64,000 bases of DNA, taken from the NCBI GenBank assembly GCA_026014495.1, contig JAOZIF010000137.1, positions 5,611 through 69,610 of the forward strand, in the 5' to 3' direction. The first letter of the stretch is position 1, and every line of letters begins with the position of its first letter. Positions 19,857 to 28,600 of this stretch are shown here, in pieces. Under the pieces are notes generated by a model. That model saw only the letters and a list, made by a program, of their open reading frames with translations. It was not told the DNA's origin and searched no databases. Source of the stretch: Candidatus Bathyarchaeum sp. Its GTDB lineage: Archaea > Thermoproteota > Bathyarchaeia > Bathyarchaeales > Bathyarchaeaceae. The translations under genes were made by a program, and so were the position numbers.

Positions 19857-19930
19857 TGGAGCCAGGGGTTGGAGTTTCACCAACGTGAGCGGCTCTGCAA
19901 ACCGCCGCCTGATTACTCAGCCACCCTGGC
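19857..19930 (-). tRNA. Atypical tRNA with anticodon GCA (Cys-type), encoded CCA, non-consensus D- and T-loops
   Basis: Hand-folded minus-strand sequence: GCCAGGG-TG-GCTG-AGTAATC-AGGC-G-GCGGT-TTGCAGA-GCCGC-TCAC-GTTGG-TGAAACT-CCAAC-CCCTGGC-T-CCA. It has a perfect 7-bp acceptor stem, 5-bp anticodon and T stems, and U33, G37 and U73. The D-loop lacks GG, and the T-loop reads TGAAACT instead of TTCRANY. The gene is a GC-rich island in AT-rich DNA. Confidence 0.7.
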
Positions 19931-19972
19931 TTCGTTTGCTTCCATAGTTGGTCACAGGAGTAAAATCGCTAT

Positions 19973-20584
19973 TCAGATAACAGCAGATCCAATGGTCATA
20001 TTGAGCTTTAGGTCTACGTATCTTTCGTGATATTGAAAGTTACCAAGTTCGTTATTGTAAATCCAAAGTTCGAAGAATACATTTCCGATAAATCCGTTTA
20101 TTTGCGAGTTCCATGTTGTAGACCCAGTAATATCTAACAGGACACCATTTAACGTCATACTGTTAAAGGTGACTTGTGAAAGATTTTCATTATAGCTGTA
20201 GTCAAACGAAAAAACAATGGGTAACTCCCATGTTTCGTTGTTAACAAGAGAAAATGTGATATCATACAAAGAGGGCAAACTGCTTGAGCTCTCAGTTAAA
20301 CTGTCAGCAGCCGATTGAGTTATATTACGGAATTTGACTTTAATCATGTAATCGCTATCAGTCCCTAATAAATTTCCAACACCTAAAAACACGTTATAGT
20401 CCTCGTTAAGTGTAATATTAAACGGATAGGTTTCACCATTATGTTCTGGACCCAGAAGCCAAAGTTCAGTGAAGAACTCTGTTTGGGGAAGAACTAAAAA
20501 CCGTTGTAACACAGGCGAAAGAACAAATAGTGACAAAACGAATATAACAACTAAAATAACTGTTGTGTAATTTTTATAACGCAT
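19973..20584 (-). CDS. Membrane-anchored extracellular protein, DUF1616-like
   Basis: N-terminal TM helix, then 'FTELWLLGPEHNGETYPFNIT', reminiscent of archaeal DUF1616 proteins. Contains several N-x-S/T sequons. Confidence 0.4.
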   Translation of the reverse strand: MRYKNYTTVILVVIFVLSLFVLSPVLQRFLVLPQTEFFTELWLLGPEHNGETYPFNITLNEDYNVFLGVGNLLGTDSDYMIKVKFRNITQSAADSLTESSSSLPSLYDITFSLVNNETWELPIVFSFDYSYNENLSQVTFNSMTLNGVLLDITGSTTWNSQINGFIGNVFFELWIYNNELGNFQYHERYVDLKLNMTIGSAVI

Positions 20585-20792
20585 TTTAAGACCTCCAAAT
20601 CACTCATGTAATTTTTTCAAAAGAATTAGTTTCACCAGCAACAAAAACAAAAGATACAAGAGTTGCGCATCATATTAACAATAAGGCATTGCATCAATTC
20701 TAAAGCGTGTTCCTTTCAAAGTTCCCTGAAACAAGAATCTGAAACAAACAAGAGGTTCAACAAGAAAAATTAGTCTACTTATTCTTGTGCAA

Positions 20793-21179
20793 TTATGCTG
20801 TTTCTTTTGAGTGTTTGTGGTTAGAGTTATTTGACAAATCTATGTTAGGACACATCGCATCTAACATCAGCCTTTGGTCTTCAACATGGTTCAACTGATT
20901 GTACACACTCTCACGCGATTTGTCATATTCACTAAATGTAGCCAAAAACATTTGTCCTTTTTTCGTGAGCATATAACGATTTCTCTTTCCACAAACGATC
21001 AACTCCGCTTCTGTCAAATCATTTAGGTACTGAACCAAGAGCTTATAGCTCAAATACGCTTGATACATTATTTGAGTTCTCTTAGCACCCTTGTTAGCAC
21101 TAATTACAGAAAGAATGTTTGCTAATATTACTAGTCGACTTCTGTGTTTACCCATTTTATTCACACAAAAAACAAACAA
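20793..21179 (-). CDS. Winged-helix transcriptional regulator (COG3432/HTH_45-like)
   Basis: 'RSRLVILANILSVISANKGAKRTQIMYQAYLSYKLLVQYLNDLTEAELI', typical of small archaeal wHTH regulators. The likely start is the internal Met (MGKHRSR). Confidence 0.6.
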   Translation of the reverse strand: MFVFCVNKMGKHRSRLVILANILSVISANKGAKRTQIMYQAYLSYKLLVQYLNDLTEAELIVCGKRNRYMLTKKGQMFLATFSEYDKSRESVYNQLNHVEDQRLMLDAMCPNIDLSNNSNHKHSKETA

Positions 21180-21565
21180 ATTCTTACAGGTTCTAAGAAC
21201 GACAGATAAGGTGGAGAAAGACAGGCACTTATTTCAATCGATGATGATTCTACAAGAGTTTACTACAAATAACCACATTACAACGTATTTTTGTTTAAAA
21301 GCTATAGGTTACAAATCAACTGCAGATGTAAAAAAAACTATTTTATAGATAATTGGTTCAAGAAAGATAAATTTCACTCATAAATCCCTCCTGATTGGAG
21401 CGGATGAGAATCACATCACGGAATCAATCTAACTTTGTCATGTATAATTGTGGTTAATTATATAAACTATGAAGAAAGGATTTTCTAGATAAAACATATA
21501 GAAGATAAATCTAGAAAATTTTAATATATCTTCTATTAAAAAACACAATCATCCCAGAACAAACA

Positions 21566-22918
21566 TCAATTCGAATCAAAAGCATTTAAAACAACTTGCC
21601 CAATTCCAGATTTTGTAACTATCTTACCTTCATTCATAACCAGTTGACCATTTACAAATGTCTTGATTGGTCTACCTTTAGCGTGTAGTCCATCAAAGGG
21701 AGAATATTTTGCTTTAGAGAAGAAAGATGCCGAATCAATCTTATATTCTCGCTTTAAATCCACCACCACAAGGTCAGCCCAGTTTTGCTCAGCTAAACAG
21801 CCTCTATTAGGCAGATTAAATATCCTTGCAGGTTCTTCTGACGTAACTTTCACAAGCTCAGCAAGAGACAAGCGACCTTTGTTAACTTGAGTTAAAAGAA
21901 GTGGGAGTGTTGTTTCAAGTCCAGGTACACCTGGTTTTGCTTCCCATACAGAGTTAGTTTGTTTTTCGTCAAGGGTGTGAGGGGCATGGTCTGAAGCTAT
22001 TATGTCGACAAGACCAGTTTTCAGAGCATTCCACAATGCAGAGGTGTGATTTTGTGTTCGTATTGGAGGGTCGGTAAGAGCAAAAAATCCAGAGTTTTTG
22101 TAATGTTTAGAGGATAAAAGGAGATTGTGTGGAGTGACCTCGCAGGTCACTGGTAAACACGCTTTCTTGGCCAGTAGAACAGCATTCAGACCCAATTCTG
22201 AGCTTATGTGACAAAAGTGAACATGAACACCAGATTTCTTTGCGAGTTGAATAACACGTTTTATTGACTTGGCCTCAGCTTCAGGAGAATGGGCAGCCAC
22301 ATAAGCTTCTGTATTATTTTGTCCAAGTGTTTGCAGTTGTTTTTTCTGGTTCTCAATAAGCATCCAATCTTCGGCGTGTACCGCAACAGGAACTCCACTC
22401 TTTGCGGCTTCACGAAATGCCACAAGAAGCGACACATCATCGTCAATTTCGATACCTCCAATTTTATTTAATAAGTATACTTTGAAGCCTATTGCCCCTA
22501 CTTTGATTATTTCAGGCATTTCTTCGAGTTTATTGGGAAAAGCTGAGTTGAAAGCGACGTTAATTAGTGATTGATTTTCGGCTAGTTTGATTCGTTCTTT
22601 AAGGGAAAGAGAGTCCATCGTAACAGGTTTGTTGTTAGGCATGTCAATGACCAATGTTACGCCTCCAGCGGCTGCAGCAGAGGTTCCTGTAATAAAGGTC
22701 TCCTTGTAGGCTAACTGTTGGTCTCGTAGATGGACATGGGAGTCAATAAGTCCAGGAAGGGTGATGTTCCCTTTTAAATCCATTTTTCTTGAGGCCGAAG
22801 GAAGATTTGTTTTTTTGGCTATTTTGACGATTTTTCCGTTATCGATAGCGATTCCTGCGTCAACAATGTTTCCGTGGATGCATATTTTGGTGTTGTAAAG
22901 GATTGTGTCGACAGGCAA
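21566..22918 (-). CDS. pyrC: Cyclic amidohydrolase, most likely dihydroorotase
   Basis: 'GLIDSHVHLRD', 'TGTSAAAAGGVTLVIDMPNNKP', 'HAED' and 'ASDHAPH'. Allantoinase/dihydropyrimidinase cannot be excluded by eye. Confidence 0.65.
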   Translation of the reverse strand: MPVDTILYNTKICIHGNIVDAGIAIDNGKIVKIAKKTNLPSASRKMDLKGNITLPGLIDSHVHLRDQQLAYKETFITGTSAAAAGGVTLVIDMPNNKPVTMDSLSLKERIKLAENQSLINVAFNSAFPNKLEEMPEIIKVGAIGFKVYLLNKIGGIEIDDDVSLLVAFREAAKSGVPVAVHAEDWMLIENQKKQLQTLGQNNTEAYVAAHSPEAEAKSIKRVIQLAKKSGVHVHFCHISSELGLNAVLLAKKACLPVTCEVTPHNLLLSSKHYKNSGFFALTDPPIRTQNHTSALWNALKTGLVDIIASDHAPHTLDEKQTNSVWEAKPGVPGLETTLPLLLTQVNKGRLSLAELVKVTSEEPARIFNLPNRGCLAEQNWADLVVVDLKREYKIDSASFFSKAKYSPFDGLHAKGRPIKTFVNGQLVMNEGKIVTKSGIGQVVLNAFDSN

Positions 22919-23133
22919 GAATACACCTTCAAAGAAATAAGCACATGATAGCTCTTATAAGTTCATCATATTTTATGAAAGCGAATGAAAAATCTGTTAT
23001 TTGTTATCTAGAACGAAAATAACTGACATCAACAATGGAGAATTTATTACTTTTTGGTCGCGAGTTAGTAATCTATTGAAGTGAATTGGTTATTATTACG
23101 GAGCACCGAGTGATACAGTCAAGGTCATGACAA

Positions 23134-23706
23134 TTAGAGGTCCATCTGGCAGTCTTCACATAGGTATGTTCCTTCGATTTCATCTAAGTTTTCAGACCAA
23201 CTTCCACATCGTTCACAGTAGCCTGCTAAAGGATTAGATTCTGAAGTTTCTTCACCAACATCGGGTTCTCGTTCTATCCGGGCTTTCTCTTGCATGTTTT
23301 CAAGAAGATCAGGGGTTATAGCCAAAATGTCCTTGCTGGATATTATTCCAACAAGGTTACCTTTGTATATGACTCCCATTCTTCGTATGTCAAGTTTGTT
23401 CATCCGTCTTGCTGTTTCGGTTAGCATTTCATCGGGATCTACGGTAATTAGAGGTGTCGACATGACTTCTTTAGCGGTTAGTTTATTTGGTTTGATGTTT
23501 TTGGCTAAAACACGTTTTACAAGATCGCTTTCAGTTATTATGCCTAGAGCTTTTCCATCTTTGCTAGTTACAATGATGCATCCCAATCGGTCGCTACTCA
23601 TGAGTTGAGCTGTTTTATCAATGGAGGTGTTCTCGGGGGTGGTTACTGCGGGACTGGACATTACATCTTTCACCAGCATTCTGGGTCTTAATCCTATTTC
23701 TGCCAT
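23134..23706 (-). CDS. CBS-domain pair protein with C-terminal zinc ribbon
   Basis: Two CBS repeats ('VKDVMSSPAVT...', 'AKEVMSTPLITV...') and C-terminal 'CERCGSW....CEDC'. Confidence 0.8.
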   Translation of the reverse strand: MAEIGLRPRMLVKDVMSSPAVTTPENTSIDKTAQLMSSDRLGCIIVTSKDGKALGIITESDLVKRVLAKNIKPNKLTAKEVMSTPLITVDPDEMLTETARRMNKLDIRRMGVIYKGNLVGIISSKDILAITPDLLENMQEKARIEREPDVGEETSESNPLAGYCERCGSWSENLDEIEGTYLCEDCQMDL

Positions 23707-23938
23707 GATAACCTACCAACCTCAATATGACAATGATTTAGAAGGACTATTAAATTCTTGCTGAAGTTAATGAGTGAATTCCTTCGCAGAATTCCTCTTA
23801 TTCAGCATTTTTAAAGTTTGTCATTTGTTCCAAGAAGGCAGGATAATTCGCGTATAACAATGTCTGTGTTACATTATTTTCAAGTAAAAAGGTAGCTAAA
23901 CATGAAGAAAATTAGGAAGTAATTACAAAGATGCCACA

Positions 23939-24679
23939 TTAATTGCGTTTGTCAGCAAGTTGTTCCCATGAAACCTTTAAGATGTATTTTGAAAAGGCTG
24001 TTATTTCGGTTAAAGTCAGCTTTGATTTTCCTTTCTTTCTATTTTCGAATATGATTGGCATTTCACCTATTTTTGAGTGCTGAAGCTTTGCTTGCCGGAG
24101 TGTTTCAATTTGGATTTCGTATGTTTCACTGTGTAGCTGTGGAAGTGCTTTTATAATGTAGCCTTTGGAGTAGCATCTAAAACCGCTTGTATAATCATTT
24201 AATGGAAGGTTGATTAGAATACCAGTTAATTTGTTAGCTATTTTGCTTATGAGTATTCGAGTGAGACTCCATCCTTTAGTTTTTCCCTCTTGACAGTACC
24301 TGCTTCCGATGACAAGGTCACATCCATTTTCGGCGATGTTGAGCAATCTTGAAATGTCTTGAGGGTTGTGTGAGAAGTCTGCATCCATTGTGATTATGTA
24401 TGAGGGGGGTTTTGGTAGAGCTAAAAGAAAACGGAATCCATCTGTGATTGCTGTTCCTAAACCCATTTTGTGGGATCTATTTAGTATCAGAATGTTTTGG
24501 TTTTTTTCTTTTAGCTTCTTGACAATATTTTTTGTGTTATCTGGGCTTGAATCGTCTATTACTAGTAGAGTGGAGTTTAGGTTTAGATTTTCGATTGCTT
24601 GGATGAGGTCAGCGATGTTTTCAGCTTCACAATATGTTGGAAGAATTATTGCAACATGATGCCCTTCTTGTGGGTTCAC
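23939..24679 (-). CDS. Polyprenyl-phosphate mannose/glucose synthase-type GT2 (Dpm1-like)
   Basis: 'VAIILPTYCEAENI', 'LVIDDSSPDNT', 'MDADFSH'. Confidence 0.8.
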   Translation of the reverse strand: MNPQEGHHVAIILPTYCEAENIADLIQAIENLNLNSTLLVIDDSSPDNTKNIVKKLKEKNQNILILNRSHKMGLGTAITDGFRFLLALPKPPSYIITMDADFSHNPQDISRLLNIAENGCDLVIGSRYCQEGKTKGWSLTRILISKIANKLTGILINLPLNDYTSGFRCYSKGYIIKALPQLHSETYEIQIETLRQAKLQHSKIGEMPIIFENRKKGKSKLTLTEITAFSKYILKVSWEQLADKRN

Positions 24680-24837
24680 ATTTTTGTTCTCCTAAATTTT
24701 AAGTTGCTTGGGGTATAATGTGAAGAAAATGGCTTAGCACAAATCTGATCGTAAAGTGTCAAAAAGTTTTGTTGTTCTTTAGTTCGCATAGTATTCTAAA
24801 CTCTTTTTTGTATATTGCAAGCATGTATTCATGAAAA

Positions 24838-25095
24838 TCACCATTTTTGGCGTGCTTTATCAGCTTCAGCAATTATTGTTTTTATAATTTCTTCAAGTGC
24901 CCTTTTTTCTGATTCGGGTATAGCGTACCATTCTTTGAATTTTGTTTTTAGTTCTGGATGTTCGTTTGTTAATTTTTCAACTTCGTTACATATCCACTCA
25001 GCTTGTTTCAGGGTTGTTGGAATCAAGTTATTAACAAGGGCCTTGAACTCTTCCATATTGATGCTTTCAGTCTTCTTTTCCCGTTTCAGTTCCAA
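24838..25095 (-). CDS. Small helical hypothetical protein
   Basis: 85-aa charged/helical ORF, divergent from the RHH gene. It is preferred over the low-complexity plus-strand ORF 24815..25159. The start is TTG or an internal ATG. Confidence 0.35.
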   Translation of the reverse strand: MELKREKKTESINMEEFKALVNNLIPTTLKQAEWICNEVEKLTNEHPELKTKFKEWYAIPESEKRALEEIIKTIIAEADKARQKW

Positions 25096-25138
25096 CCCTT
25101 TTCACCATGTTATGCGTTACATGTTTTCATTAATAACC

Positions 25139-25160
25139 TTTACCGTATATAGACGGTAAA
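25139..25160. promoter_or_regulatory. Perfect 8-bp-arm palindrome TTTACCGT-ATATAG-ACGGTAAA between divergent small genes (operator / bidirectional TATA candidate)
   Basis: Read directly from the sequence. The arms are exact reverse complements. The centre is TATA-like. Related ACCGT/ACGGT sites recur at 25209..25218, 25563..25590 and 38959..38981. Confidence 0.5.
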
Positions 25161-25217
25161 TGGACATCAAAATGATTAAAGGTTGGTTTATTCTTTTCGT
25201 TAAATAGTGACGGTATA

Positions 25218-25439
25218 TTGCCAGTAAAAGGATATGATTCTGTAAACTTGCCTTCAGGACTATACATCAAGGTGAAGTCCTTGGTCAAAGCTAGGTCCGA
25301 CTTGGGTTATAGGAGCGTAACCGAGTTTGTGGCAGAAGCCGTTAGGAAAAGAACAGAAGAGATCGAAAAAGCGAACACTCTAAAGTCGCAACTCGAAGAG
25401 AAGTTCTCAAGTTTCGAAGCGAACAAAGAGGAAACGTGA
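25218..25439 (+). CDS. Ribbon-helix-helix (CopG/Arc-like) DNA-binding protein
   Basis: N-terminal beta-strand plus two helices ('SVNLPSGLYIKVKSLVKARSDLGYRSVTEFVAEAVRKR'). TTG start. Confidence 0.55.
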   Translation: MPVKGYDSVNLPSGLYIKVKSLVKARSDLGYRSVTEFVAEAVRKRTEEIEKANTLKSQLEEKFSSFEANKEET

Positions 25440-25562
25440 AGATAGAACGTATTTTTTCGCATCCGTATTTTTTATTTTTGTTTGAAAACTAGCCTGTTTT
25501 AGGTTTAAGTATATATTTACTGTGTGTTTTTTGTTTACGTTTTTCTTCTTCCAAATTATTAA

Positions 25563-25590
25563 CGTCTATATGCCGTCGTTATACCGTAAA
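25563..25590 (+). promoter_or_regulatory. Operator-like motif (CGTCTATAT ... TATACCGTAAA) abutting a TATA-like box upstream of the surface-protein gene
   Basis: TATACCGTAAA (25580..25590) is identical to 38971..38981. CGTCTATAT matches the reverse complement of the 25147..25155 palindrome core. CTTTTTAAAC follows, about 25-30 nt before the ATG at 25623. Confidence 0.45.
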
Positions 25591-25622
25591 CTTTTTAAAC
25601 AAAAATCACTCCTATCAAAACG

Positions 25623-28600
25623 ATGAAACAAAAAGGAAATGAGAAAATGAATCATAAAAAACTAATGACAATATTGACAACAACCGCAATTATCACAACT
25701 CTTCTTGGAACAATGCTTCTTACTCAAATTTCAATGGCAGCAACCACCTACACTTCAGATTACGTTACAACCGACGGCGTAATGTACGACGACTCTTACG
25801 TGCTATTCCCGTTTGAAATGAATAACCTAACAATAGGTTTCTCCAAATACGGCGAAATGATCGACTATAACACAAAGATTGGATTATCATACGATGGATA
25901 CGACGCTTTCGGTCCTGACGCAGGAGTAGTAGAGTCACAATGGGTTGAAGGGTGGATACTCAACATCACATACGTTGAAGGCGGAAACTACAAGAACATC
26001 TGGGCAATGGCAACATACAGCGACTATTATGCAGGCGGAATAGGCGGGGATTGGAATGAAGACGTGACTGTCGGCTCGCTTTCTCTAGATGTTAGAGGAG
26101 GCAGGAAGACTAGTGGCGGTGCTGTAACAGATCCCATCACCATGTTGTATGATGGACCAAGAGAATTCATTGCCTTACTGAAAACCACAATATATGAAGA
26201 TAGCACACATACAACACCATTGGTTAGCCTAACTTTCACCATAGTATTCAACAAAGTTGAGAAACAGGTAGTCATTTACAAAGATGTCAAACGCATTGAT
26301 GAAGGAAAGAACATTGGTGACATGCAAATCGAGTTCGGCGACCGCGGTGAATGGGACCTTGGCTCAAGTGCCAGTGGCGCTGCACCAAAATCTTATGCGC
26401 ACTTCTTTACGAATCAAACAACCATTTACGATGGCGAGTATCAACTGTGGTATGAAAATGCTACAGCAGGAGGCACATATGACTCAACATACACTGTTTG
26501 TCAGATAATATCTGATGATCAGAACTATGTTGGTTGGGCTGCTTTCTGGCCGACGCCCATAGTAAATTGGGTTGGTGCAACTCAGTTAGGAGCAAATAGA
26601 GCCACGATACTTACGACAACCAGCACAAAAACCGAAACACATGTATTAACTGAAACAACATCAGAGCTTACAATTACTGGAGAACCTAGTGTGTATCCAC
26701 AAAATACGACCACGGGAGACGTATTGTGGAAAGAAGATCCAATGGTCTTTGTTAATGACGCATATAAGATCATTGATGGAACTGACCCAGAATCAAGTGT
26801 GACGTATAACAATGCCACAAATACGATAACATTCCCATCAGGGTATGAACCAGGGGCTGGAGCTGTTGTTACAATTGTTTACAAGCATGAGAACATTAAG
26901 GAAGACATGAACAGTGAACCTAATTCACCTTTTGTGATTGGCGAGTGGGCATTCAGAATGACTCAAGCAGGCGAGTCGTTCCGTGGAGTCACTATCTACG
27001 GAATCACTGACCTGAACGATGGAGACGACGAAGATATAGGCGGCGGACACACAAACGTAATAGACTCGGAAATTCAGTATTATCTTGATGAAACATTTGA
27101 CCCATATGATCTTCAGGATGCAGTTCACAAGGACACAAGACGGTGGGTATACATAGACGAATCATTGTCTAGTTCACAGAGTGTTTTCGTACTAGAAAAT
27201 GCACCAATGGAATTTAGTCCACTTCCAGATTGGGATGCATACTCCGATTTCTCTGAAAGGGTACTGGTTGATGGAGTTCTACAAGTTCCAACACGGGCAG
27301 GAGGCACTGACTACACATTGTCAGTGAATACTGCAACGGGAGTAGGAACTATAACATTCGCTAGCGCAGTTGCTGCGGGATCACATGTGAAGATTCTGTA
27401 CTCAACTTTACCTGAGTGGTCTGATTCTGACAGCATAACCTTTGATGATATAACTGACACGACAAATACTATTGATGTGGGGACAACTCTAACTAACAAT
27501 GTTGCTGATGCTGAGTATGTTCCAGTGGATCCGTTAGGGGTGAACATGAGCTTCAACTTTGACTTGGACGTAGAAGTGGAGATTACTGGAACGGCTAACT
27601 TCACTGAAACAATCGTGGTAGATTGGTACGACTGGATCGAAGACTTCAAAGTACTCTCTGACCCTAACGAAATAGATGACGATGTAGACCACTACACAGC
27701 TACTTTAGAAAATGTGACTGCAGTAGGCGCAGACATTACAGTGACAGTAACTGCTAGAGAGTTCGGCTGGAACATTACAGCTGATAACGAAGCAACAGTC
27801 ATCGATGGATTAGGTGCGACTCTGTCGTTATCAATTGAAGCAGTAGTTTCTAACGGCACAACAGATTGGTTTAACGTGACAATTACTCCCACAATAGACT
27901 ATGCTTACGGTGCGCACCAAGAGGGACAATATGAGTGGATAGCAGTTGGAACAGACGCAGCAACAATAGACTCTATCGGAGCAGCATACATGACACAAGC
28001 ATTTGATTCACTAAAACAAATACACGTTCAAATGACAGGTTTAGACATAAGAGACATGGAAGGACCAAACGCACCATACGTAATGGCAGGAGCAACAACA
28101 AGCACAAAGACGGACTACTACTATGATTACCCCAACGACAACAGAACAGCATTAGCTGACGACTGGTGCACAACTGTACCCGTAGCCAGCAGCAACATGC
28201 TCTTCTCAGGAGGACCACTAGCAAACTTAGGATCAGAATACTTTAACGACTTTACAAACGCATTCTATACACTAGAACAGTACGTAACTAACGATACCGG
28301 ACACTCAAACAGCATTCTGTCATTACCATGTTGGGATAAAAACACATACTCAACAAACGCTACACATGGATACGCAGTAGTATCGGTCTACAAAGACATC
28401 AACGGAACAATAGGCTTCCTAATCTGGGGTATAAATGCACAAGATACATACTATGCAACTAAGTGGTTCTGGAGTTATCCAGCAGGAATGCTCTCAGAAG
28501 AAGATACCGTAGTTTATTCGGGCATACACTATCTCCAAGCAATGAATGAGGGCATCACAGACATAGTACTCAGAATATACTACCCACCAGACGATCCAAT

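Noticed and set aside
19857-19930. Reading the tRNA-like element on the plus strand.
   Set aside because: The plus-strand fold would place C at position 33, has no 3' CCA and no plausible T-arm. The minus-strand fold satisfies U33, G37, U73 and CCA.
21240-21246. ATGATGA (and GTGATGA at 60716..60722) as C boxes of C/D-box sRNAs.
   Set aside because: No CTGA D box lies at the expected 40-70 nt distance, and there is no terminal stem.
21498-21536. A 10-bp inverted repeat ATAGAAGATA ... TATCTTCTAT downstream of the pyrC-like gene.
   Set aside because: It is an AT-only stem with a 19-nt loop in AT-rich DNA. It may be a weak terminator hairpin, but nothing more can be supported.
24815-25159. The 114-aa plus-strand ORF overlapping the 85-aa minus-strand ORF.
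   Set aside because: It has a Ser/Phe/Ile-rich low-complexity sequence. The minus-strand product looks like a normal charged helical protein. Neither is strongly supported.
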